Shown here: in pieces, positions 25,601 to 36,200 of the stretch
Numbering within the stretch: position 1 is the stretch's first letter
How the letters are laid out: each line of letters begins with the position of its first letter
NCBI GenBank assembly: GCA_044892525.1
Contig: CM097888.1
Location: 52,142,001 to 52,206,000 of the forward strand
Origin: Schmidtea polychroa
Taxonomy: Eukaryota
Direction: 5' to 3'
DNA length: 64,000 nucleotides
Notes under the pieces: model-generated
What the model saw: the letters and a program-made list of their open reading frames with translations, nothing else
Told to the model about the DNA's origin: nothing
Databases searched by the model: none
Program-made: the position numbers and the translations under genes

Positions 25601-28458
25601 NNNNNNNNNNNNNNNNNNNNNNNNNNNNNNNNNNNNNNNNNNNNNNNNNNNNNNNNNNNNNNNNNNNNNNNNNNNNNNNNNNNNNNNNNNNNNNNNNNNN
25701 NNNNNCGGTAATATGGTATACATTTCAACAAAAATCGTAGATTATCGTGAATATAAAAATAAATAGGCAACTGTCATGACATTGCCATAGTAAATATTCA
25801 TGACAATATAACCTAAAATATTTGACTTAAGTAATATCATTCTTAGTTAAAAACTTACCGCTCAAACATCAGTGTTTCTTGAGGTAGATAAAATTAGTAC
25901 CGCTGCAAGACGAATATGGAAAATGTGGAAGGAAATTTGTTAAATTTAGAAAGAAGAGATTCAAAATATATCATTTAAGTAAAGGAAAACTTCGTCGCGA
26001 AGGTTGACTGCTAGAAAAATATGTATGTTCTAAAGAAGCATACAATAAAGCCAAATCAAATTTCGAGTGAACTTATTAATATTAATATTTATTAAAATGT
26101 TTCAAATAAAGGTAATATAATAAACTTGTCATGTACATTTTTTGATTTATTTTATTTTTTCGCAAATGTATACCATATTTCCGGACAACAAAAATCGCTC
26201 AAATGTATACCATATTTCCGGACGGAGGGAGTATTTAATAAGCAAAGTTCATTGCTATAGTAAAAGGATTTATCGTCAATTTATCAATGAGCATCTGTAT
26301 AGTAAAAATGACGAATTACCTTGTAGTTTTCTTGAATACCTAACATATTGATCTGAAACTTGTTATCATTCACAAATTTACCTCTACAGGTGTAATTCCA
26401 AAAAGCACAAGAACTATAATCATACTTTTCCAATCCCATTAATAATAAAATTTGTATATTTTCATCAACATGCTCTTTAGCAAAATAATTGTTTCTTAAA
26501 AACTCCATTTGACTGTATGGAAATTTTGATACGAAAAGCGAAGGAAATTCCTCAGCGACCTTGATTTGTGAAATACATACAATATTTATGATCGCTATTG
26601 AACCGAATATTGCGAGAATCACATATTTAACAAATCTATACGACAGGAAGTTATAATAGTAAACCTTGAAAAATTTCGTAACATATATGAACAATTTATC
26701 GGGTTTCAAAACATCATGGAATTTGTAATAGTGAATGATAACAACAGAGGGTATGAAGAACAAGAGAGAAATATAGTTAAAAACCACCAACAGGAAGACA
26801 AACACGCCAAATGAAAATATTGTCAACAACTTCGTCCAAGCCAGAGTAAAAAAAGCCAAAGCCGTAGTCAAACTCGTGATAAACATGGACCACCCAACAC
26901 CTAAATAGGTTCTATATAATCTATTTTCTAATGACAAGGGAATTTCTTCAAAAGATTTCCAACGGTCATAAAATACATAGAGATTGTCACATCCTAATCC
27001 CAGTATGAGAAATATTGATAAAACGTGAAAAATCCCAAAAAACTTAATGCCTAAAATAATAGTGTGGACAAAATTAGAAATGCAAAATGCTGTAAATATA
27101 GTGAAAATTCCGATAAATGTTAATAGAAAACTTTTCGTTTGCATATAAGTGAAAACACAGACAAAAGAGAGACTACCCAATGTAAACCAAATATCTTGAA
27201 AGATTTGAAATAACAACAATTCTCCAAGTAAATATTTATATTCGATATAAACATATAAACGCGAATAATATTCAATATAAATCTTATAATGTTTATCGAT
27301 AAGTCCGCGAATTTCATCGAAATTAATATAATTAACAGGAATTTCACATTTGAAACTTTTAGCCACATATTTCCCCGCCTTTCTCTCAAAATCCTTGCTA
27401 ATTTCTCTATGAAATAGTCGCTTGTGCCTATAAGTGGAGAGAATTATATCAATAGTCCTATCTAAATTAGGAAAAGACGTATCATTCCCATTGTTCCTCA
27501 GGATCAAGGAAATTATACTAGGGTGTTTAGGGCACATTCCTATACATGCTTTTATATTTTTCAGTGATACAATAAATTTGTCATAAACGTCTTGTATTAA
27601 TTGCAGATTTTGTGACGTAAGGATATTATTATTACCAGCGTCGTAATATATTCGGAAAGGATTTGAATTCAACGTTCGGGTATAATTAAATAAGAGGAAA
27701 TTATCGAAACCCATAGAGAACCAACGTTTAGTTATATAATGCCAGGCTTTGAAGCATTGATATGGTTCGTAATTGGTATCATATAGAGGAATGTCATTAA
27801 ATGCAAAATAGAAAATCTTTACAGAATCAGTTACAGAAAAAAGTATGGTAAGTAGAAGAAAGAATAAATGAATTGAAATTCCAACGCCTGAAAAATAATA
27901 TTTACAATAATTAAATATAAATATAAGCATATTACAGTTGAGATTGATAAGCAGTTCTGTTAAAAGTTTAATTAAAGCCAACATACACTTCATATCCCCA
28001 TTACTTTTCATTTTACATGAATTCCATTTACTTTAATTATTATTATTCTCATTAAAAATATTCAAAGTTCATTTAAGATGGATGTAAAATGACAAGTGAA
28101 AATTTGCAAACTAATTCAAGGAATTTCCGAAAAGAAATTTGAAAATAAAATCTTAATCCAAGAAAATATAATAATTCAGAAATTCGATTATTAATCGCTC
28201 AGTAAATTTGGAATTAAACTTAGTTAAAGGTTAAAAATTTTAATTATAAGCATTATAAAATAAATTATAATTAAAATAAATCGAACCAAAAACAATGTAA
28301 GGATAGTTTACATTAAATAAGCACCATCTAAATAAAAATGAAACATTATTCTTTTCCAATGAACTTTCTCTATTATCATTAGAATCTTTAACCTAAAAAT
28401 AAATTCTAGTTGTTTCCCTTAATTTACACAATTTCAGTAAACTAACACTTTCTGACAT
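7287..28458 (-). CDS. Dispatched-like 12-TM RND/SSD protein, paralog A (8 coding exons, 937 aa)
   Basis: Exons 28447-28458, 28287-28392, 26320-27887, 16521-16763, 16370-16475, 13737-13948, 12010-12180, 7287-7682 sum to 2814 nt. All introns are GT-AG with matching phases and the spliced frame is open. TM4 ILGLGCDNLYVF, TM5 SMFITSLTTALAF, TM10 LESINLTVVVGLSIDYLVH are Dispatched-family motifs. Confidence 0.9.
8090..8860 (-). mobile_element. LTR-like repeat, same group as 4187-5039
   Basis: Shared CTTTATTGAT and GCTTATTACAAC...GGAGGAATA motifs; TATAAAA (minus strand) at ~8490; boundaries approximate. Confidence 0.4.
10319..10468. mobile_element. Foldback MITE (PIF/Harbinger-like)
   Basis: ~60-bp imperfect inverted arms GGTGTTGT...ACAACACC, flanked by a TTT direct repeat. 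Confidence 0.65.
10700..11390 (+). mobile_element. Highly decayed Gypsy reverse-transcriptase fragment
   Basis: Broken motifs GSYKY...ASTFQQV and IFLDDMLV in the expected order. Confidence 0.4.
11400..11832. mobile_element. hAT MITE
   Basis: TIR CAGGGCCGTAACAAGG at both ends; 8-bp TSD TTAAAAAT/TTAATAAT. Confidence 0.85.
12010..12180 (-). CDS. Gene A exon 7 (TM8-9)
   Basis: ttcag acceptor; MLIDAALAG...VGWNLG; GTAAGA donor; 171 nt. Confidence 0.88.
12900..13450 (+). mobile_element. hAT transposase C-terminal remnant
   Basis: MDLFTAIALLK, LCDEWVQW and AIKIF fragments resemble the hATC region; decayed. Confidence 0.4.
13737..13948 (-). CDS. Gene A exon 6
   Basis: GFLNGFSLKF...VCGSQMDLSLNGYFHWIHVQE; 212 nt, the same length as gene B exon 6. 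Confidence 0.85.
14088..16296 (+). mobile_element. Internally deleted hAT element (ZMYM/DUF4371-type transposase 14580-15905) in gene A intron 5
   Basis: Left TIR CAGGGCCGGCCTT; degenerate right TIR; motifs NCLFCKLF, GNFLALVELIGKFDPVL, YFSIILDCTP joined directly to TIPVSVA..KSFSKLKLIK. Confidence 0.8.
16370..16763 (-). CDS. Gene A exons 4 (16521-16763) and 5 (16370-16475), ECD2
   Basis: DICDKILKAD...PDFPYKFE, then a 45-nt intron, then TALYNFLTDGYTFSD...KY; not in the ORF track; homologous to 36455-36866. Confidence 0.85.
17527..18114. mobile_element. Tc1/mariner MITE with ~200-bp imperfect TIRs
   Basis: TA|CAGTGACTGCCAAAATTGG ... CCAATTTTGGCAGTCACTG|TA. Confidence 0.85.
18400..18800 (+). 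mobile_element. Decayed LTR-retroelement integrase fragment (BEL/Pao- or Gypsy-like)
   Basis: KVFLKYRVDFAGPL motif at ~18620-18660; the rest is decayed. Confidence 0.35.
18986..19183. other. Assembly gap (198 N)
   Basis: N run. Confidence 1.
20315..20563. mobile_element. MITE with ~45-bp TIRs
   Basis: AGTAGTGTGTATAATGGGAACACCGG...CCGCCT is mirrored at 20517-20563; probable TA TSD. Confidence 0.8.
21225..24395 (+). mobile_element. Ty3/Gypsy G2, 5'-truncated (PR-RT-RH-IN, PPT, 3' LTR ~24167-24395), pseudogenised
   Basis: LLDTG protease, YLDD RT, TDAS RNase H, HHCC zinc finger and DDE integrase; PPT AGGGGAGA at 24159-24166; several stops and frameshifts. Confidence 0.92.
24400..24714. mobile_element. 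Orphan end of a Charlie/Buster-type hAT
   Basis: GGTTGAGAACCACTG (reverse complement CAGTGGTTCTCAACC) at 24700-24714; partner end not found. Confidence 0.45.
24745..25346 (+). mobile_element. Tigger/pogo transposase C-terminal fragment
   Basis: MDMGIIRCLKVHYR...ISPTTIKNCFRKSGF motif. Confidence 0.7.
25542..25704. other. Assembly gap (163 N)
   Basis: N run. Confidence 1.
25705..26231. mobile_element. Tc1/mariner-type MITE with a CTCCCTCCGTCC terminus
   Basis: Right end ...CCATATTTCCGGACGGAGGGAG|TA; the mirror sequence CGGTAATATGGTATACATTT starts at the gap edge. Confidence 0.65.
26320..27887 (-). CDS. Gene A exon 3 (TM1, ECD1, SSD TM2-6, TM7)
   Basis: Core of ORF 26284-28011; tttcag acceptor at 27888, AAG|GTAATT donor at 26319. 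Confidence 0.92.
28287..28392 (-). CDS. Gene A exon 2
   Basis: ttttag acceptor; VKDSNDNRESSLEKNNVSFLFRWCLFNVNYPYIVF; phase-1 donor; 106 nt, as in gene B. Confidence 0.8.
28447..28458 (-). CDS. Gene A exon 1 (MSES)
   Basis: ATGTCAGAAAGT followed by GTTAGT donor and a 54-nt intron; homologous micro-exon in gene B. Confidence 0.7.
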
Positions 28459-29299
28459 AAATTAATTCCATAAAATTTTCGTTGTTAAATAACTTAAATA
28501 TAAATTGATTAGTTTTCGACAAACATTAAGATAATATAAACAAATAACATTTATAATAAAATTTCACAAATGAAAATATTTTATATTTAAAAGTGTATAA
28601 TGATAATTATTATTTTAACACAGCACATTAATTGAAATACAATTAAACATTATTTTAAAACAATATAAATAAAAAACATTTCTTAATTAATATACAGTTT
28701 TAATATTAGGTAATATAAAATGCTAATTTCTTAATAACAGCATAATTTAAGACAAAGTAATGAATAAAAAATATTTAGCCATAAAAGTAATAAACAAATT
28801 AAAAAATATCATAAAATGAATACAAATAATCTAAAAATATGAAATTCAAGATATTTAAACAGTATTTATGGCATTCTTAACTGCTAAGGAATGAAGTGGT
28901 TAGTGTTTTAATTTGGCAACAATAACTCTACATTCGGTGTCTACTTTTCATGTTGAATCGTAACCTATTATAATAATTATCAACAATAATGAAGACCGCC
29001 TCAGATATGTTGACAAACGGAACGGATAATGTTCAAAAACAGAATCACTATAAACCATTTGATGGTGCATATATATGAACATAAGTGTTCATATTAGATA
29101 AAATAATTTTTTTATTGTCGGTTAAATTTTCGTCGTAAATTTATTCTTAGTTAATTCAATGGTTGCGATTAATAGAAAAAGTATGGCAGATCACATTAAT
29201 ATTTACAATATTCTTCAGAAAACAAACTAAAAATGTCACCACTATACAGCATTGTTGATGTTAGGTTATTGAGTTGGTAGCAATATTTAAAAGTTACCA

Positions 29300-29990
29300 A
29301 TCAAATCTCTGTCTCTTAAGTTGCTTTATTTGATCCACAAATTAACAATTTTCAGACAATATAAACCTTTATTAATTATCACAAATGAATTCACGAATTA
29401 TAACAATACGATCAATTCTATACTCAAATAGCTTATTACATAGCTTATTACGACACTACGTGAGGAATATCTCTACTCGTATAATTTCCAATTACTGAAA
29501 TTATTATTATTTTGCTTTAACTTCAATTTATTCAGTATACTTTAAACCGTTCTTATTGAACTCAATTTTAGGGCACCGTTTAGTTCCAATATTTTCTCAT
29601 CTTTCCAATTTCAAAATTCTCATTTTTAATTTCTCTACTGATTAATTCCGAATAATTACTCGGCAATCTCTAATTTTCCCTCGACCACTAACCTCTTTTT
29701 CTATTAGGAAGACTTTTGCTTTTAAAATCTGTACTTGTACGACACTTGGAATAATTCATTTTCCTCATTGCTGTCTCTCCATAATTTGTACAGCTCATGT
29801 GATATCACTGATAGTTCGACACTGGTGATAATTTGTCATCTTCCCCATTTTTGCTTCTGATATCTTCCATACTTTTTTCTATTTCCCACGCTATGCCTGA
29901 AAGTTCGGAGATTCCCATTTTGTTTTAAAATATTGGAATTCCTTTTGCTTTCTTGCACTTATTAATCATAAATGACCTTTCTCGCTTTAT
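29300..29990 (-). mobile_element. LTR-like repeat, same group as 4187-5039, in the intergenic space
   Basis: 29300-29390 aligns by eye with 4187-4260; shared GCTTATTACGACACTACGTGAGGAATA motif; right boundary approximate. Confidence 0.45.
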
Positions 29991-30261
29991 TGTTGCATTT
30001 CTTTTGTTCGGATTTCTCAATTTTTTGCATGTTTTCTTCAAGTTTCAGAGAGCTATCCCAATCAACCTGTCCGTTTTTCCCCAAGTTATTTTAATTATTT
30101 ATAATATTATTAATTATTTAGATATCCTCAACATTGAGAAAATAGTAGAACATAATGTTACAAAAATAAGCCATGAATTATTTATTATATTATTTCATGA
30201 TAAATAGCCAGTATTTTATATAACACTATAAAATAGATTTACGAGAGTAAAATTATAATCT

Positions 30262-30651
30262 TTATTTATATTTCTCGCTTCTTTTCTCAGATTTGAAACA
30301 TGGGAAGCACCGATAAAAGTTACATTGAAAGTCACCGCTTCCTTTATTTGGTCCGAATACTAGGAATATGCAAGGTAAAAATATCATCGAATAAACTCCA
30401 GCACTGAGAATTGTGACAAAAACGAAAACTCCGAATTGAAACAAAAATTTGGTTTGGCAAAAAAATAAAAAAAATGATGAGCCTAAAGTCGTAGACATTC
30501 CAGATAATATAGATACTCCCATTTCTTCAAGCATGTCTTCTGTTCTTTCATCATTACGTTCTTTTTGTGAACTGTTGTAAGCAAGTCCCATGTGGACAAG
30601 ATAGTCAATAGTCAATCCAACGACAACTGTCAAATTTATGCTTTCCAGCAA
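30262..30651 (-). CDS. Gene B exon 8
   Basis: LLESINLTVVVGLTIDYLVH...; TAA stop. Confidence 0.9.
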   Translation of the reverse strand: MLESINLTVVVGLTIDYLVHMGLAYNSSQKERNDERTEDMLEEMGVSILSGMSTTLGSSFFLFFCQTKFLFQFGVFVFVTILSAGVYSMIFLPCIFLVFGPNKGSGDFQCNFYRCFPCFKSEKRSEKYK

Positions 30652-33245
30652 CTATTTTAAAGAATTATCTATTAAATAAAAATTACATAATTTATATACA
30701 ACAAAGAGCGCTCGACAAATCAATTCACCACTGGTTACGAGGGTTTTTTTTATAAAAAAACACGTTTATGCTTTTTTGACAGCCCCATACCCGAACCTGT
30801 TAGATTACGCCCCGATATCTCATAAAGTCAAGATAAAGTATAGTGTTTGAAGAAAAAGTTGTCTATTGGGCTGGGTTTGCATTACAAAATTTTAATTTCA
30901 GTGAGATAGGATTGCATGATGGACGGCGAGGAGCATCGCGGAAGCGAAGTGACCTAGCTATTAACCATTAATAATGTAAGTTCAAATGCTTATGTTAGTT
31001 TTTGTACCAGAAACTAATCTTAACGAAAAATTAATTTCATAAAATGTTTTTTTATATAAAATTTGAATTTGGAGTGTAAAAACAGTATCTCATGTGGAAG
31101 CAAAAAATTCCTTCGTGAAATGAAAATGGAGAGTTCGATTTTTTCAATCAATGGAAAAGATATTCAATTTAGAGCAAGTACTTCTCCGTCCATCAAATCT
31201 TTACTTTATATTTATTATAGTAAATGACTATTTGCATTAGATTAGTGGTTCCCAAGAGGAGTTACGGAGCCCCCATTCGGGGTCTTCATTGGATTTCGAA
31301 AGTGAACTTCAAATCTGTTGTATTGAAAAATATTATGTTGTTAAAGATATTTTTAATCCTTCAAAAAATTAAAATATTTAAACAGTAAATATTGTTGGGT
31401 TGAGTCGATTACACCCAAACGAACTTAGTCGAAAAGAAACCAAGTAACTAAAATGAGTAAAAATCTTGAATCAGTTGTGAGTCAGTGGAGACATGTGTTA
31501 AAATTTATTTATTGGGTTAAGAGTTTGGAAAGCACTGGTTTCAAATATTATTTTTCAAATATATTTATTATAACACAATTAAAATTCTCACCCCCAAGTT
31601 CCAACCAGTTAGATAGATTAATGATGTAACCGACAATGTACTTAAAATTGTTCCAAGCATTATAAATAAAAATGCATAAACATTAAGCGTAGCAAACAAG
31701 ATTATGGGAAAAGAAATAATCAATCCCGACAATACACCGGCTATAGCAGATCCAACAAGCATCTGTAAAAATATATATATATATATATAAGTGATGTTAG
31801 TTAACCAATTTTAAAATAACTCAAAATAATATTGTTGCGCTTTAGACAATAAAGATATTCTTTAACACTAGATTAACATACTCAGCCAATTTGCTCATTT
31901 AAAATTCTATTGCTACATAGATATAATACTGATTTATTATTTTTTGAATACATTTATTGGTTTTTAGATACGCCATGAAATATATGTAAATATTAATTAC
32001 TCTCCTCTACCGACTCCCTCATATCGAATTAAGTATACCTATTTTTACGGCTATTTTTACCCGTAGATCTAATGTTAATTAGATATAAAAACAGCACTTT
32101 AATATTCATCTTTTTATTAACTTAAATTTAAAATCAATATCAAACAACTTGGCAACTACTTCGAAATTCATTCTGAATTTATTAATTTCATAATGACACA
32201 AATTTTTAAAAGGAATTTCCTATTTCCGAACTTAAAATAGTCTGTTTTCCCATATAATAAAAAAACACGACGAATTGGTCAATAATAATACTTGCATCAT
32301 TAACCCTTTTTTGCCCGAAAGTTTTGTCATGACATTTTCTTTGGACCGTAATTGATGCACATAAAAAAGCACTGCTCACTCTAACAGGTTCAAACCTTCA
32401 AAAATAATACAAGACACGATCTCCACGCATGCTAACTTTAGACTGTTGCAGTCTAAACTGTTATTGTGCCGAGAATAATGGAGTGGGGATAAAAATACTA
32501 AATGTTCCAATATTGGAACACTAGGCAAAAATGGGTTAATAACTATTTTCTTACAAGCATCGATTCAATTTAATTTTTATAATATTTAATAATTTACTGT
32601 CTTTCGCATACTAGAGATATTTAAGGTGACTTTAAATGTGCTTATTTTATTTATAATGACTCACTTCTTGTACATGAATCCAGTGGAAATAACCATTTAA
32701 AGATATGTCTTGTTGAGATCCACAAACCATTACATGAAATTTTTTGGTAAGTTTATTAGTCCACTTAATCCAATTATTAAAAATTTTCTTTTTTTCTGAA
32801 AATCCCGATAACTTTTGAAACAAAGTAATATTTACTACGATTACGGATAAATTTAAACTGTATCCTATTTCAGAGCCTATTTTATTTATATCAAAGTGAA
32901 ATTATTATGAAAATATAAATAGTAAAAATGAAATAATTTTATATAGAATTCATAAAATTTGTTACACATTTCAAATACGATATTTAAATGTTCTTTCAAA
33001 TAGTTATTCAACATGGGAAATACCCAGTGGTGGGATTCAGCCGGTTTGCACCGGTTCGCGCGAACCATTTCTATTCTACCACTATTAACAAAGAAATGAA
33101 AAGCAAAGTAAACAATCACATACGAAATTCAAAAATTTTACCAAAGCATGTTTGCAATTTATGATTTGAAGTTAGTTTTAAAATTTTCGTTACTACGGTC
33201 ACAAATATTTTTAAAATAGTATAAAAATAGTGTTGCAAAAACAAG

Positions 33246-33287
<42 letters not shown>

Positions 33288-36200
33288 TTCGTTAAATAAA
33301 ATTTATTATATAATAAAGTAATCAACTATAAATTTACATTAAAGTAAATTATATTATTTGTTCTTATGCAAATTCTCGGTATTTGTTTCAGCCATCATGA
33401 AGCGCTCTGGACAACAAGTTTTGTCCGATTTTTTTCTAAAGAAGCCGAAGTCTGGGGAAAATATAACCGTAATAACAAACCACGATTTAACTAATATTGT
33501 ACTAATAATTAACTAATATTAAAATAATTTATGAAATTAAATAATAAATTGACGTTTAATATTTTTGGTTGAGTGCGATCCGATTCTCAAATGTTTTGAA
33601 TCACACCACTGGATATACCTTGAACAGTTACATATTAGAAATATATCTTTATTACATTAAATTATTACGGATTTTGCTATTGTTTGGCATCTAGTTTCAT
33701 GTACTCAAGTAAAAAATTAAAACCGCAAACAAAATAAATAATTTGTTTTATTTAATTACACTTTAATGTTGATTAACAAGCGTTTGTATTATTTAAAATT
33801 TTAAAAACCAAATGTTTCAATTGTTAAATGCTGACAAATTGTACATAAAATATTAACACATGAAAAAGGTAGTTCAGAAAAATTGAATTGAATAAGAAAT
33901 AGAAAAACAAATGATTCTTTTAATTAAAGAAATTATTAAATAAATAAACATGACTTGTATATAATTGCTTACAATTTAGTTGAACCTATTGGCTTATAGA
34001 TAGATATGACAATTTAAACAATAAACTTAAAACTGATATTAATTTATTTATATCAGTTACCTAATAAATATGATACTGAAAATATTATTATCCACATAGA
34101 TATCTAATGTAAAAATTAATAGGAAATCTAAAACCATAACAGAATATGCATTCATATGATACGCTAGGTTTTCATTAATTATTTGGTGAATACATCTATT
34201 AAAAATCAAATATTGATGATTTAGAGAAAGGTTGTGAGTATGATTGTTGTAAAATAATGATTTTTTCTATTAAAAACCACTGAAGTAAACTTTAATTGTT
34301 ATTTGTTGAATAAAATAAGTAAGCTGCTAAAAGTATGTATTTTTAATTTCTTTAAATAATTTAATTAAAATTTAGAATAAATTTTAAGAAACTATTGATT
34401 TATATTGTTAAGATTTAAATTAATGCTTTTCATTAAAACAAATAATGATTTTTAAAGAAAACTTTCAACCTTAAATTGAACTGTTAAGAAATTGGTTGTT
34501 GAATAATTAATTTTTGCTTTTTATTGGTTGAACTTCATTGTAGGATTTTCAAATAAATATGGAAATTTAATTTTTAAATTATTGATTGTAAAATGTGAAT
34601 ATTAAATTATTCTAAACAATGACACTAAATATCATTAAAAGATAATTAATGAGCAAAAAATATAACAATAGAATTACTAATTCTAATCAGTAATAATAAA
34701 GTAAATTTTCAAACTATTCATTAAAAATTTGAGTTTTTATTAATTAAATTGTCTTATGTAAATAAATATTTTTAAATTGACATTAATATGAATATTTTAA
34801 TTAAAATAAATTCTTATAATTTAACTAACGTATATACCCAATAATTTTGATTGGCTTTTCCGTGTTAACTTACATGTTAATTCTGATTAGTGGTTTGGCG
34901 TTTCCATAGACAATGAGAGATTTTAATATGCTCTACAAATGCATCTATATTTACTGAGATCCAAAACACACACAGATTAGCAATCAAAACCTTAAAAGTC
35001 ATCATAATTATAGATCTTGTTAATCAACATCCAACCAGTTAAATCCCTCACTTGAGATAAAATTATCCCTTAAGCATTGAAAAGATATATTCACATGATT
35101 TTAATTCTCTATTCTAATCACTTTATGATTCAACCGATTTGAACCCTTAAATTATTTAAGTCGCCAACTGATGAATAAACTAACCACTTTTTCATCGATG
35201 TCTGAAACACAATGTTATTCATGTGAGTAAATACCATTAAAACAGATAAAGTTCTCTAATAAATATTAAGTTTACATAAATGGATGTTTCTCAAAAAAGA
35301 TCAAACATCTTTAAATGACTATTGTGCAACATATGACTTTGAAACCAAGTAAAAGCAAGTAAATCCGTGAGAATCCTCAAAAAGATCATATTGATAACAT
35401 TTCGTTAATTCATTGCCCTTTTCATAATAAATTATATCTTCCCAAACTTCAACAATAAAATAATTTTTAAATGTTCAGAAATTTCCTTAAGTTTTCAATA
35501 ATTTTCGTATAAATTACAGAAATACTTCAATAATTATAACAATAAAATTAACGAGTTTCAAAAATGTTTTTAAATATTTATATTAAAAAGTAAAAACTTA
35601 CCAGGTACTCATTGAATAAGGTAATATTCTTCATAGAAAAGATTTATTGAGAAAAATCAATTTATCAATAAAAATTTAAAAACTATTACGAAAACAGTAT
35701 TTACACCCATTAAAATTCAACCCAAAAAAAACTTTAATTTATAAATGAATGATCAATAAATTTCAATTAAAACTCTATCCTAGAATTATCATAAAATCTC
35801 TAATCATCATATTCATAGAATTAATAAAAATCATCATTAAATATTAAAATTAATAAATTTTATTTAGAAATCTTTAATTTACTAAAAAACCAACCAATAA
35901 TAATTAAATTAAAATTTATCCTTATTTTTTTATTAGAATCATTGAATTTATTTAAAATTAATTTAATTCCAATAATTTTTAATGACATACTTTATATCCC
36001 TATCTGAACTGATACCTTTAAAAATATTTTAAATTTATGAAATTATTTTTTTTCAAGCCAAATATCCATAGGTGAAATGGTTCCAATACCCAATTTTCAA
36101 GCCAAACAGTCCTCAAGTTCTCCTACTCAACACAAATAAATTCAATATTAAATATAGTGTCAAGTATTATTTTTTAGTGTTTATTGCCCAAATTTCACTA

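Noticed and set aside
26320-27887. Calling the genes NPC1 or Patched because of the DN motif and SSD
   Set aside because: There is no NPC1 N-terminal luminal domain, and the TM5 and TM10 motifs (SMFITSLTT, LES...VGLSID) are Dispatched-type.
27888-28011. N-terminal extension of ORF 26284-28011 (likewise 50441-50546 and the C-terminal run-ons)
   Set aside because: These are intronic read-through: splice sites are conserved in both paralogs and the extensions show no homology to each other.
30915-30960. Helitron-like 3' end (GC-rich segment followed by CTAG)
   Set aside because: No convincing hairpin, no 5' TC end and no second copy.
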